A program made the position numbers and the translations under genes. Shown here piece by piece: positions 36,001 to 49,340 of a stretch of DNA of 64,000 nucleotides (position 1 is the first letter of the stretch; every line of letters starts with the position of its first letter). Below the pieces are notes generated by a model. The model did no database searches. It was not told where the DNA came from and was given only the letters and a program-made list of their open reading frames with translations. This stretch comes from Mobula hypostoma (Eukaryota), in the NCBI RefSeq assembly GCF_963921235.1, contig NC_086107.1, positions 113,276,001 to 113,340,000 of the forward strand, written 5' to 3'.

Positions 36001-39000
36001 CACACAGTCCTCTTTTATTGTCATTTAGTAATGCATGCATTAAGAAATGATACAATATTTCCTCCGGTGTGATATCACAAAACACAGGACAGACCAAGAC
36101 TGAAAAAAAACCACATAATTATAACATATAGTTACAACAGTGCAACAATACCATAACTTGATGAAGAAGTCCATGAGCACAGTAAAAAGTTCAAAGTCTC
36201 TCAAATGTCCCACATCTCACACAGACGGGAGAAGGAAGAAAAACTCTCCCCGCCATACCCGACCATGGTCCGACTCTGAGTCATCCGAAAACTTCGAGCC
36301 TCCGAATCAGCTCTCCGACACCGAGTACCGAGCACCATCTCTGTCTGAACGATTCAACCTCAATCTCGGTTGCCAACAGCAGGCAAAGCCGGGGATTTTG
36401 AGGCCTTCCCTCCGGAAGATTCCTGACCGCGCAGTAACGACAGCAGCGAACAGACATTTCAGAAATTTCTCCAGATGTTCCTCAGTGTTTTCACATCTGT
36501 CTCCATCAAATCAAAATTGTCCACGGCCCCTATTTAACGGATACGATATCATTTTTCACCGGAGGGCTGCGCACGCATGGCGCGCTGATCTCTCTCTCCT
36601 CCCACATAAACACATAAAGTAATATTACCACAAATAAATGAACAAATAAGGTGAATGTACGACGCAAGTTAAAAAGGAAACAGTATAACGCGAATGGCGC
36701 TGAAGTGTGATGAGACCTGGGTGGAGGCAGGGAATTCAGCAGTCTCACTGCCTGGGGGGAAGAAGCCGGTTTCCATCCTAACAGTCCTTGACCGGATGCT
36801 ATGGTACCCTCCTGCTCTTGTGTACTGAAGCTCACCATTGCTGATTTTTTGGAAATTTGCTGTATGCTTCTTGGCTTTTGCTTTTCCACTTTAAAACAGT
36901 GGCTCAGATATGTGATTGGCTGTAAGGTGTTTTATCGATCCTGCTGAAAGTTCAAAGTTCTAAGTAAATTTTATTATCAAAGTACATATATGTCACCATA
37001 TACAACCCTGAGATTCATTTTCCTGTGGGCATACTCAGCAAATCTATAGAATAGTAACTATAACAGGATCAATGAAAGATCAACCAGAGTGCAGAAGACA
37101 ACACACTGTGCAAATGCAAATATAAATAAATAGCAATAAATAACGAGAACATGAGATAATGTGATAAAGAGTCCTTAAAGTGAGATCATTGGTTGTGGGA
37201 ACATCTCAATGATACGGGGAGAGAGTGTAGTTATCCCCTTTTATTCAAGAGCCTGATGGTTGAGGGGAGTAACTGTTCATGAACCTGGTGGAGTGAGTAC
37301 TGAGGGTCCTGTACCTTCTATGTGATGGCAACAGTGAGAAGAGAGCGTGACCTGGGTGGTGCGGATCTCTGAGGACGAACGCTGGTTTTCCGTGGCAAGT
37401 TTCATATAGATGTGCTCAATGGTGGGGAGGGCTTTACCCCTGATATACTGGGCTGAATCCACTAGCTTTTGTAGGATTTTCCACCCAAAGGCATTGGTGT
37501 TTCCATAGTCATAGTCATACTTTATTGATCCTGGGCGAAATTGGTTTTCGTTACAGTTGCACCATAAATAATTAAATAGTAATAAAACCATAAATAGTTA
37601 AATAGTAATACGTAGATTATGCCAGGAAGTAAGTCCAGGACCAGCCTATTGGCTCAGGGTGTCTGACCCTCCAAGGGAGGAGTTGTAAAGTTTGATGGCC
37701 ACAGGCAGGAATGACTTCCTATGACGCTCTGTGCTGCATCTCGGTGGAATGAGTCTCAGTCTATACCAGGCTGTGATGCAGTCAATCAATACACTCGCTA
37801 CCACACATCTATAGAAGTTTGTCAAAGTTTTAGATGTCACGCTGAATCTCTGTAGACTCCTAAGAAAGTAGATGCACAGTAAAATGAAGAAATAAAATAG
37901 AATCAATGAAAAACTACGTACAGAGACTGACAAACAATGTGCAAAAGAAGACGATTCTTGCAAGTACAAAAACAAAAAAATAAATAATACTGAGAACATG
38001 AGTTGTAGAGTGGTTGAAACTGAGTCCAGGGCTGGAGGAATCATTTCAATGTTGAGGTGAGTGAAGAGTTGATGAGGGTGGGAAAGGTGCTGTGGAAATG
38101 CAAAGCTTTTTGTTGTAAATTTCCCTGAAATGGTCGGAGGTAAGAAGATGATCTATACCCTTTGGGCTGTGAAGCTTTGGAGTTGGGTGACTCTCGGATG
38201 AGATTGGTTGATTTGTGATAAAAATGAAAGATTAGCTTTATTTGTCACGTGTACGCTGAGATACTGAATCATACAGTGAAAGGCTTCATTTTGCATCAAG
38301 TCAATCAGCCAGGTGTTGAGGCCTGCACAGGCAGGCGCCTCCCAGCCTCGGCCCAGCTAACAGGAGTCACCTGCCACTCATCACCTGCAGCCTATTGAAA
38401 CCCAACTCTCATCCCCAGTCCGTGTTCACTCATCGAACCAGCCAGTCTCAACCAGCTGCTCTTAGCCTTCAGTTGCCTTGTTGTGTTAAGTATACATTCT
38501 CGCTCATTTTGTGGCCTCTCGTGGCGTGTTATTTTGTAGTTTATTATTGAAGTGATCGCTCACTGCTAAATCATCTCCAGCACTCTGCGTTCGAGTCAAG
38601 CCACCTCTACATTTCCTGACATGAGGGTTGTGCTGGGCAGTCCGCAAGTGTCACCTTGCTTCTGGCGTCAACATTGCATGCCCAAACCTCACTAGCCCGA
38701 ACCCATATGTCTTTGGAATATGGGAGGAAGCATTCTCTGCATTCATTGTTCTACCAATTGAACACTTCCTCTTACAAATACTTGATGCTTATTAAGTTTT
38801 CTTCCTGAGGAAAGCACACTGCCTGGCATGGAAGCTCCAAAGCACAGGATCAAAAGACATCAGAATGGGGAAGAAATATGGTCCAAGTGACTTTGACTGT
38901 GGAATGACTGTTGGTGCCAGATGGGGTGGTTTGTGTATCTCAGGAACTGCTGACCTCTTAGGATTTTCAGGCTCAGTCTCTGGGGTTTACAGAGAAAAAC

Positions 39001-41064
39001 AAAACAAAACAAAATCCAGTGAGCAGCAGTTCTGTGGGTGAAAACACCTTGTTATTGAGAGAGGTCAGAGGAGAATGGCCAAACTGGTTCAAGCTGAGAG
39101 GAAGGTGACAGTAACTCAAATAACCACACATTACAACAGTGGTGTGCAGAGAGCATCTCTGAACACACAACACATCGAACCTTGAAGTCAATGGGCTACA
39201 GCAGCAGAAGACCACGAACATACACTCAGTGGCCTCTTTGTTTACCTCCACAGGAGGTTCCTCATAAAGAGGCTGCTGAATGTAGATTCCTTCAAGGACA
39301 TTGAGCCTGTGAGGCTGGTGAGATAAAAACAATCGGAAGACGCAGGAATGTGAGGCGATTCTACCAACCCATAAAACAAGGGGAAGGAATTCACATTCAC
39401 ATTCACATTCCTTCTCCTTGCAAATCATTGCAAAGATAAAGGACATTAAAGATAGAGTTTGGGCCTCAAACTTCATTCTTTTTCATAGGTGTTAGACTGC
39501 TTGAAGGATGGGTTTTACCTCCCTAGCCTGATGTCGCAAAATTCCACAAATTCAACGTACGAGGCTTACAGAGAAAGAAACATCAGGAAAGAAACATTTC
39601 TCAGATCCTCCCAGTCAATAAAGCAACTTTAAAGGGTAGTCGTCGTTGCAGAGTGTGGAAAACATACCTACGCACGGCAAGATCCCAAACATACCTACGC
39701 ACAGCAAGATCCCAAAATCCAAATTATGTCACAGGACTCACAAAATGCAGGAGGAACTCAGCAGGTCAGGCAGCATCTGCGGAGGGAAGTGAACAGTGGG
39801 CATTTCGGACCGGTACACATCCTGATGAAGGTTCTCGGTCCAAAATATTGATTGCTCATTTCCCTCTCTAGATGCTGCCTGACCCAATGATTTCTTTCAG
39901 TATAAGACCACAAGGCATACAGACAGAATTAGGCCACTCAGCCCATTGAGTCTGCTCCACCGTTCCATCATGGCTGATTCATTATCCCTCTCAACCCCAA
40001 TCTCCTGCTTTCTCCCCGTAACCTCTGATGTCCTGACTCATCAAGAACCTATCAAACACCACTTTAAATATACCCCATGACTTGGCCTCCACAGCCATCT
40101 GTGGCAATGAATTCCCACAATCCTCCACCTCAGGCTAAAGAAATTCCTCCTCATCTCTGTTCTAAAGGGTCGTCCTTGTCCTCTGGGGCTGTACCACCAG
40201 AATAGCCACCCATTGGAAATATCCTCTCCATTTCCACTCAATCTAGGCTATTCAATATTGGATATTTTATTTATTTATTTATCAATTTAAAGCACAAAAT
40301 AGGCCCTTCCGGCCTTTCGAGTCGCACCACCCAGCAACCACCGATTTAACACCAGCCTAATCACGGGACAATTTACAATGACCAATTAACCTACCAACCG
40401 GTACATCTTTGGACTGTGGGAGGAAACTGGAGCACCTGGAGGAAACCCACACGGAGAACGAACGTTGTGGGGTGAACGTCCAACCCTCTTACCTACAGCA
40501 GCGGGAATCGAACCTGGGTCGCCGGTACTGTAGAGCGTTGTGCTAACCAGTACGCTACCACGCTGTATATTTCAGTGAAATCTCCCCTCACTCTTCTAAA
40601 CCGATTTTGTTTTTTTTTTGTGTGAACGTTGATCAAGATTTGCAGCCACTGCAGAACCCCCCGTGTCGAAATTATGGTTTGGGCCTCGAACTTTATCCTT
40701 TTTCACAGGACAAGGAGAAATCCCTTCCCTTCAGCTAAAGGGTAGACGGAGCCTCAACACACCACATTCAGAGGATATCACCCTTGACAGGACGAGGCTC
40801 CCTCAGATTGCACTGGAGTTGCCCGCCTGGATTTAGAATCCGAGTCAGTATTTATTTATTGCTTCATTCATTCATTTATCTCACTACTGCATCCATTTAT
40901 TTACTATTTATTTATTCATTTTCTTATTTACTTACTATTAATTTTCTCACTCACTTACTAAATAAAATACAATGTGGAATTGGCCCTTCCAGCTGGGCCG
41001 CCCAACAACCTCAATTTTACCCTAGCCGAATCGCAGGACAATTTACTATAACCAATTACCCTTC

Positions 41065-41795
41065 CCACCCTGTCACTTGTAAAAATGCCATCCCCTTCTC
41101 TCAATTCCTCCGTCTCTGCTGCATCTGCTCTCAGGATGAGGCTTTTCACTCCTGATGTCCTGCCTCTTCACAGAAAGGGGCTTCCCTTTCTCCGCCGTCA
41201 ATGCTGCCCTCACCCGTGTCTCTTCCATTTCACGTGCATCTGCCCTCACCACATCCGTCCGCCACCCCACCAGGGATAGGGTTCCTCTTGTCCTCACCTA
41301 CCACCCCACCAGCCTCCGGGTCCAGCACATAATTCTCCATAACTTCTGCCATCTCCAACCGGATCCCACCACCACATCTTTCCCTCCCACCCCCCACTTC
41401 CCACTTTCATCTTTCCACAGAGATTGCTTGCTACGCGACTCCCTTCTCCATTCGTCCCTCCCCACCGACTGCCCGCCTGGCACTTACCCTTGCAAGCGGA
41501 ACAAGTGCTACCCCTGCTCCTACACCTCCTCCCTCACTACCATTTGGGGCCACAAATAGTCCTTCCAGGTGAGGCGACACTTCACCTGTGAGTCTACTGG
41601 GGCCATCTACTATGTGGCCCCTTGAATATTGGTGAGACCACTTCACCGAGCATCTACACTCTGTCCGCCTGAAATAACGTGATCTCCCGGTGGACCCTTT
41701 GTTCACTTCCATAGAAGCTGCCTGACCTGCTGAGTTCTTCCAGCATTTTGTGTGTGTTTCTCAGGATTTTCAGGACCTGCAGAATCTCTGGTGTT
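41065..41795 (+). mobile_element. Decayed Penelope-like element fragment
   Basis: KNAIPFSQFLRL..ICSQDEAF..ERGFP..RVPLVLTYHP..PGTYPCKRNKC, with stops and deletions. Confidence 0.8.
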
Positions 41796-41881
41796 TATAT
41801 TAAAATTATGCCCCCTTGTATTACCCATTTCTGTCCTGGGAAAAAGTCTCTAGCTGTCCACCCTGTTTAAATGTTTAACCA

Positions 41882-42166
41882 TGTAGCGATGTGCTACACA
41901 CAGCGCTAGAATAACCACATGGAGTCGGTGAGTTAAAGTTCCAATGAAAGAGATTTATTCAAACTTTGCGGCCCGCCTTAAAGCCTTCCCGTTCCCACCC
42001 TCCCTGGGCGGGATTGCTGTGGGGAATGCATATTCCCAGACCCTTTCTGCGCGCGGGATTTTCCCCCCGCTGGTGAAGATGGCCTGGCGCCCTTTTTGGG
42101 GCCGGCCCTCTGCCTGCGCGCGCTGTTGTGAGCCGGTTCGTGTGTGCCAGAAAGTGGGTCGCCACA
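41882..42166 (-). mobile_element. Probable solo LTR
   Basis: TG...CA ends with short imperfect inverted termini (tgtagcga / tcgccaca), AATAAA on minus, CpG-rich. No clean TSD. Confidence 0.5.
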
Positions 42167-42437
42167 TACATTTAATATATAGAAGCATGTACTTACATAT
42201 ACTTATGATAATTCACAGCTTTTATTTTAATGTATGGCATTGTACTGCCACAAAGACAACAAATTCAATACATCCCATGCCCTCCACCTCTTCAATAACT
42301 TCCAATTCCCCGGTCCCAACTGCTTCATTTTTACTAAAAAGATGCTTCCTCTCCCCCACCCCTTTGTCTTTCAAATTACTGATCTTTCAACTGAACCTAC
42401 AAGCATTCTTCAAATCCTTCCACCTCCTTCATTCTTC

Positions 42438-42473
42438 AGTCCTGACGAAGGGTTCTGGCCCGAAACGTCGACT
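42438..42473 (+). ncRNA. Minimal hammerhead ribozyme motif in a short Penelope-derived repeat (similar near-intact cores at 23410-23445 and 62146-62182)
   Basis: AGUC-CUGACGA-aGGG(uucugg)CCC-GAAA-CGUC^GACU. Confidence 0.7.
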
Positions 42474-43379
42474 CATTGTTTCCACGGATGCTGCCCGACC
42501 TGCTGAGTTCATCCAGCGTGCTGTGAATGTTACTCCAAATTCATGACATGTGCTGGTGATATTAAACCTCATTCTGATTTTGATTCTAATTATGCTTCTT
42601 GCCTTGTACATCTCCATCAAGTTACCTCTCATCCTTCTTCTCTCGAATTCAGCCCTTTACCTCTCCCACCCGCCGTCCACCTCACCTGGTCTTACCAGCT
42701 TGTCCTCCTTCCCCTCCCTCACCTTGTCATTCTGGCTTCTTCCCCGTCCCTTTTCAGTCCAGAAGAAGGGTCTCGGCCTGAACTGCTGACTGTTTATTTC
42801 CCTCCGACCGGCTCCTGAGTTCCTCCGGCACTATGTGTGTGTTGCTCAAGACACAATCGCCAGAAAACGCATATTACCAGGCTCTAGAGTTATAAAACTC
42901 CTGAATGGACCTTCATCACTTGGTCCATATCATCGTGGCCTCGGACTTATCTGTCGACCTGCTCTGTAACTATGATACTGCGGCGTAGCAGAGCGGAAGC
43001 CGTTACAGAACTACTGCTGTCTGTAAGGAGTTTGCATGTTCTCCCTGTGGCCGTGTCGTTCCCCCGCGTGCCCCAGTTTCCTCCCACATTCCAAAGACCT
43101 GCGGGTTAGGGTCAGCGAGTCATGGACACACTATGTTGGTGTTGAAGGCGTGGTGATACTTGCCTCCAGCAAATCCTTAGACTGCGTTAGCTCATTGGCT
43201 GTCTGTTCCGATTTGGCTGCTATTTCAATTAATATCCTAACACACGTTGAATTCATTTTTGTTAAACATTGTACAACTGCGCATTAAATTTTCCAGCAGA
43301 GAGCAGACATCAGTACCAGTGAGGCAGATGTCAAATCACTGGGTGTCAATCAGAGAAGAGATTATTCTTTCTGATAAAG

Positions 43380-45352
43380 AAGAAGAGGGAGTTGTATGAA
43401 ATGTATAGGAAACAGGGGGTAAATCAGGTGCTTGAGGAGTATAAGAAGTGCAGGAAATAATTAAGAAGGAAATCAGGAGGGCTAAAAGAAGACATGAGGT
43501 TGCCTTGGCAGTCAAAGTGAAGGATAATCCAAAGAGCTTTTACAAGTATATTAAGAGCAAAAGGATTGTAAGGGATAAATTTGGTCCTCTTGAAGATCAG
43601 AGTGGTCGGCTTTGTGCGGAACCAAAGGAAATGGGGGAGATCTTAAATAGGTGTTTTGCGTCTGTATTTACTAAGGAAACTGGCATGAAATCAATGGAAT
43701 TGAGGGAATCAAGTAGTGAGACCATGGAAACTGTACAGATTGAAAAGGAGGAGGTGCTTGCTGTCTTGAGAAAAATTAAAGTGGGTAAATCCCCGGGACC
43801 TGACAGAGTGTTCCCTTGGACCTTGAAGGAGACTAGTGTTGAAATTGCGGGGGCCCTGGCAGAAATATTTAAAATGTCGCTGTCTACGGGTGAGGTGCCG
43901 GAGGATTGGAGTGGCTCATGTTGTTCCGTTGTTTAAAAAAGGATTGAAAAGTAATCCCGGAAATTATAGGCCGGTGAGTTTAACGTCGGTAGTAGGTAAG
44001 TTATTGGAGGGAGTACTAAGAGACAGAATCTACAAGCATTTGGATAGACAGGGACTTATTAGGGAGAGTCAACATGGCTTTGTGCATGGTAGGTCATGTT
44101 TGACCAATCTATTGGAGTTTTTCGAGGAGGTTACCAGGAAAGTGGATGAAGGGAAGGCAGTGGATATTGTCTACATGGATTTCAGTAAGGCCTTTGACAA
44201 GGTCCCGCATGGGAGGTTAGTTAGGAAAATTCAGTTGCTAGGTATACATGGAGAGGTGGTAAATTGGATTAGACATTGGCTCAATGGAAGAAGCCAAAGA
44301 GTGGTGGTAGAGAATTGCTTCTCCGAGTGGAGGCCTGTGACTAGTAGTGTGCCACAGGGATCAGTGCTGGGTCCATTGTTATTTGTCATCTATATCAATG
44401 ATCTGGATGATAATGTGGTAAATTGGATCAGCAAATTTGCTGATGATACAAAGATTGGAGGTGTAGTAGACAGTGAGGAAGGTTTTCAGAGCCTGCAGAG
44501 GGACTTGGACCAGCTGGAAAAATGGGCTGAAAAATGGCAGATGGAGTTTAATACTGACAAGTGTGAGGTTTTGCACGTTGGAAGGACAAACCAACGTAGA
44601 ATATACAGGGTTAATGGTAAGGCACTGAGGAGTGCAGTGGAACAGGGGGATCTGGGAATACAGATACAAAATTCCCTAAAAGTGGCGTCACAAGTAGATA
44701 GGGTCGTAAAGAGAGCTTTTGGTACATTGGCCTTTATTAATCAAAGTATTGAGTATAAGAGCTGGAATGTTATGATGAGGTTGTATAAGGCATTGGTGAG
44801 GCCGAATCTGGAGTATTGTGTTCAGTTTTGGTCACCAAATTACAGGAAGGATATAAATAAGGTTGAAAGAGTGCAGAGAAGGTTTACAAGGATGTTGCCG
44901 GGACTTGAGAAACTCAGTTACAGAGAAAGGTTGAATAGGTTAGGACTTTATTCCCTGGAGCGTAGAAGAATGAGGGGAGATTTGATAGAGGTATATAAAA
45001 TTATGATAGGTATAGATAGATTGAATGCAAGCAGGCTTTTTCCACTGAGGCAAGGGGAGAAAAAACCAGAGGACATGGGTTAAGGGTGAGGGGGGAAAAG
45101 TTTAAAGGGAACATTAGGGGGGGGGCTTCTTCACACAAGAGAATGGTGGGAGTATGGAATGAGCTGCCAGACGAGGTGGTAAATGCGGGTTCTTTTTTAA
45201 CATTTAAGAATAAATTGGACAGATACATGGATGGGAGATGTATGGAGGGATATGGTCCGTGTGCAGGTCAGTGGGACTAGGCAGAAAATGGTTCGGCACA
45301 GCCAAGAAGGGCCAAAAGGCCTGTTTCTGTGCTGTAGTTTCTATGGTTTCTA
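43380..45352 (+). mobile_element. CR1 LINE, 5'-truncated ORF2 with the reverse-transcriptase core and frameshifts
   Basis: ORF 43836..45083: NYRPVSLTS, QHGF, DFSKAFDKV, VPQGSVLGPLLF, YINDL, KFADDTK; microsatellite 3' tail. Confidence 0.95.
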
Positions 45353-45412
45353 TTGTCGTCTTTTATTGAAGTCAAAGTCCAAGTTGAGTCTATTGTTGAA
45401 TGTACAAGTACT

Positions 45413-45875
45413 ATGAATGTGTGTGTGTGTTTGTGAGAGTGTGTGTGAGTTTGTACAACAGTGGGTATGAGTGCGTTTGTGAGGGTGTGTGTGAGTTTGT
45501 ACGTGAGTGTGTGCGAATGTGCTTGTGAGTGTGTGTGTGTTTGTGTGATGAGTGTGATTGTGAGTATGTGTGTGTTTGTGATAATATACGAGTGTGATTG
45601 TGAGAGTGAGTAGAAGACACAATGCGTGTGTGAGTATGCCTGTACGTGTAAGAATATCTGAGATGGTGCTAAGATGTGAGTGAGTGTGCAAGTATGTATG
45701 ACAAAGTGTGAGAGAGAGTGAGCGCACGTACATGTGTGTGAATGTGTATATGACCCTGTGTGAGTGTCTGTATATGACTGTGTGAGTACGTACATGTGTA
45801 TATGACTGTGTGAGTGTGAATGTGTGTATGACTCTGTGTGAATAGTGTGTTTGTGCCTGTGTTTGTGTCTGAGTT
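45413..45875. repeat. Degenerate (GT)n-rich simple repeat
   Basis: Directly visible; source of the His/Thr-rich spurious ORFs. Confidence 0.9.
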
Positions 45876-46811
45876 TGCTTTGGGGACTGGACTGTGACAC
45901 CATCTGGACTGAGGCAGTAAAAAAGCCACCATCACCTGTAAAATGAGTCTCCTGGTATGGGACAGTAAGAACAGAAGTCCCTCGGTGTTGATGGGACGTT
46001 GCCTTTCTCTCACCCACATGACACCAGATTACTTGGTACAGATCTGTTACTGGTCAGAACCAGAGGCCGCCACATTGCATTTCTGATTGTGGCCTCTAGT
46101 GACCCCTGGTGGTGCCTTTCTGCATTGAAGGCCGAGCCGACAGCACCTTGAACAATGAGAGAGCAGAGTTAAGGCTTATTTGTCAAGGACAAAGAAAACG
46201 TCCAGGATGATGAACATTTTCTCCATATTGTATGCAGCAAAACCTCCCAAGGACTTGTCTACATTTTGTATAGTGATGCATATTCTTTGAAAGAGCAATT
46301 GAGCCACTCTCCTGTGCTTTTTGTAGCATACAGTTAGCACAATGTTTTATAGTGCCAAGTTTTACCGACTGGGATTCAGTTCCTGCTGGTCTGTAAGGAG
46401 TTTGTATGTTCTCCTCATGACCACATGGGTTTCCTCCGGGTGCTCTGGTTTCCTCCCACAGTCCAAAGAGGTACAAGTTAGGGTTAGTAAGTTGTGGACA
46501 TGCTAGGTTGGTGCTGGAAACATGGTGACACTTGCCCTCAGCATGTCCTCACCCCGTATAGGTCATTGACACCAACGACCCGTTTCTCTGTATGTTTCGA
46601 CGTTTGAGTGTACATGTGACAAATAAAACTAATCTTCACTTTTTTTCCCACAGACCTAACCCCTCTCATCCCTTCTCTCTTTGTCTCTTTCTCTCTCTCT
46701 CTGTGTCTCATTCTGCCTGTTTTTAGCCAGAGGGTGGTGAATCTGTGGAATTCATTACTGCAGATGGGCATGGAGGCCAAGTCATTGGGTTTAATTCTGC
46801 TCCAATGTCTT

Positions 46812-47633
46812 ATAGAACCATAGAACCATAGAAACTACAGCACAGAAACAGGCCTTTTGGCCCTTCTTGGCTGTGCCGAACCATTTTCTGCCTAGTTCCA
46901 CTGACTTGCACACGGACCATATCCCTCCATACACCTCCCATCCATGTATCTGTCCAATTTATTCTTAAATGTTAAAAAAGAACCCGCATTTACCACCTCG
47001 TCTGGCAGCTCATTCCATACTCCCACCACTCTCTGTGTGAAGAAGCCCCTGCTAATGTTCCCTTTAAACTTTTCCCCCCTCACCCTTAACCCATGTCCTC
47101 TGGTTTTTTTCTCCCCTTGCCTCAGTGGAAAAGGCCTGCTTGCATTCACTCTATCTATACCCATCATAATTTTATATACCTCTATCAAATCTCACCTCAT
47201 TCTTCTATGCTCCAGAGAATAAAGTCCTAACCTATTCAACCTTTCTCTGTAACTGAGTTTCTCAAGTCCCGGCAACATCCTTGTAAACCTTCTCTGCACT
47301 CTTTCAACCTTATTTATATCCTTCCTGTAATTTGGTGACCAAAACTGAACACAATACTCCAGATTCGGCCTCACCAATGCCTTATACAACCTCATCATAA
47401 CATTCCAGCTCTTATACTCAATACTTTGATTAATAAAGGCCAATGTACCAAAAGCTCTCTTTATGACCCTATCTACTTGTGACGCCACTTTTAGGGAATT
47501 TTGTATCTGTATTCCCAGATCCCTCTGTTCCACTGCACTCCTCAGTGCCTTACCATTAACCCTGTATGTTCTACCTTGGTTTGTCCTTCCAACATGTAAT
47601 ACCTCACACTTGTCTGTATTAAACTCCATCTGC
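46812..47633 (-). mobile_element. CR1 LINE 3' fragment, same subfamily as 43380-45352 (third copy ~60305-60730 on plus)
   Basis: ORFs 47192..47629 and 46892..47188 are nearly identical to the C-terminus of the 43836..45083 ORF. Confidence 0.92.
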
Positions 47634-48511
47634 CTTATGGTCTAGTGATTCTGAATTAATTATGAGTAAACAGGAATTGCTGAATTGAAAAACAGGTCAG
47701 TAAACCTTCCCTGACAAGGTGTGACACAGACACAAGAGAGTCTACAGATGCCGGAAATCCAGAGCAACACACACAAAATGCTGGAGGAACTCAGCAGGCC
47801 AGGTGGAGAGGAATAAACAGTCGACGTTTACTGCCTTTCACAGATGCAGCTTGACCTGCTGAGTTCCTCCAAGGTTTTACACAGGGAGGGTCCTGCCTCG
47901 GAGTCGGGTGGTAAACCTGCTGCACACAGAGCATTTGGAGGAGGATGAAGCTGCAGCTTGTGGAGGGTTCAGGCGGGTAGCCTGGGGAGGAAGCTTTAGG
48001 AAAGGGGGTTGGGACGGTGCTTGTGGACAACCTGTGGGAGGTGGGCAGGTTCAGAGAAGCAATATCAGGAACACCTTCTGGTCCATAGTGATTAGCAATA
48101 AGACCATAAGCTGTCATCATCATGCGCTGTGTCGTATGACATCATCATTATGCGCCGTGTGACATGGGAGATCATGGTCTTTCCAAGACCATGATTGTCC
48201 TTGGCAAATTTTTCTGCAGAAGTGCTTTGCCATTGTTGCCTTCTGGGCAGTGTCTTTACAAGATGGGTGACCCCAGCCATTATCAATACTCTTCAGAGAT
48301 TGTCTGCCTGGTATCAGCGATCGCATAACCAGGACTTGTGATATGCACCATCTGTTCATACGACCTGCTCCCATGGCTTCATGAAACCCTGATCCGGTGG
48401 GGACGGGCAGGGCTGCGGTTAAGCAGGTGCTACACCTTGCCCAAGGGTGACCTGCAGGCTAGTGGAGGGAAGGAACGCCTTACACCTCCTTTGGTAAAGA
48501 TGTATCTCTAT

Positions 48512-49340
48512 CAATAACCTATCTCTCAACGTCAGCAAGACGAAAGAATTGGTTGTTGACTTCAGAAGGAGTAGCGGGTCACACGACACAATTTACATCA
48601 GTGGTGCGCAAGTTGAAGAGGTCAAGAGCTTTAAGTTCCTCGGGGTCAATATCACAAATGATCTGACTTGGTCCAACCAAGCAGAGTTCACTGCCAAGAA
48701 GGCCCACCAGCGCCTTTAATTCCTGAGAAAGCTAAAGAAATTTGGCCTGTCCCCTAAAACCCTCACTAATTTTTATAGATGCACCGTAGAAAGCATTCTT
48801 CTGGGGTGCATCACAACCTGGTATGGAAGTTGTCCTGTCCAAGACCGGAAGAAGCTGCAGAAGATCGTGAACACGGCGCAGCACATCACACAAACCAACC
48901 TTCCCTCCGTGGGCTCACTTTACACCGCACGCTGTCGGAGCAGTGCTGCCAGGATACTCAAGGACATGACCCATCCAGCCAACAGGCTTTTCGTCCCTCT
49001 TCTCTCTGGGAGAAGGTTCAAGAGCTTGAAGACTCGTACAGCCAGATTTGGGAACAGCTTCTTTCCAACTGTGATAAGACTGCTGAACGGATCCTAACCC
49101 GGATCTGGGCCGTACCCTCCAAATATCCGGACCTGCCTCTCTGATTTTTTGCACTACCTTACTTCCCATTTTTCTATTTTCTATTTATGATTTATAATTT
49201 AAATTGTTAGTATTTACTAATTTTAACTATTTTAATATCTTTAATATTTAATATTTGTAATCCAGGGAGTGTGAAGCGCAGAATCAAATATTGCTGTGAT
49301 GATTGTATGTTCTGGTACTAATTGTTTGGCAACTATAAAG
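48512..49340 (+). mobile_element. Rex1/Babar-like LINE 3' fragment inserted in an older repeat
   Basis: LNVSKTKELVVDFRR..FKFLGV.I..DLTW..KKAHQRL..LRKLKKF..TLTNFYRCTVESIL..WYG..HPANRLF..L.SGRRF..RTARFGNSFFPTVIRLLN; possible short TSD gtatctc. Confidence 0.85.

Noticed and set aside
45277..46019. His/Thr-rich ORFs up to 246 aa
   Set aside because: Products of the (GT)n-like simple repeat.
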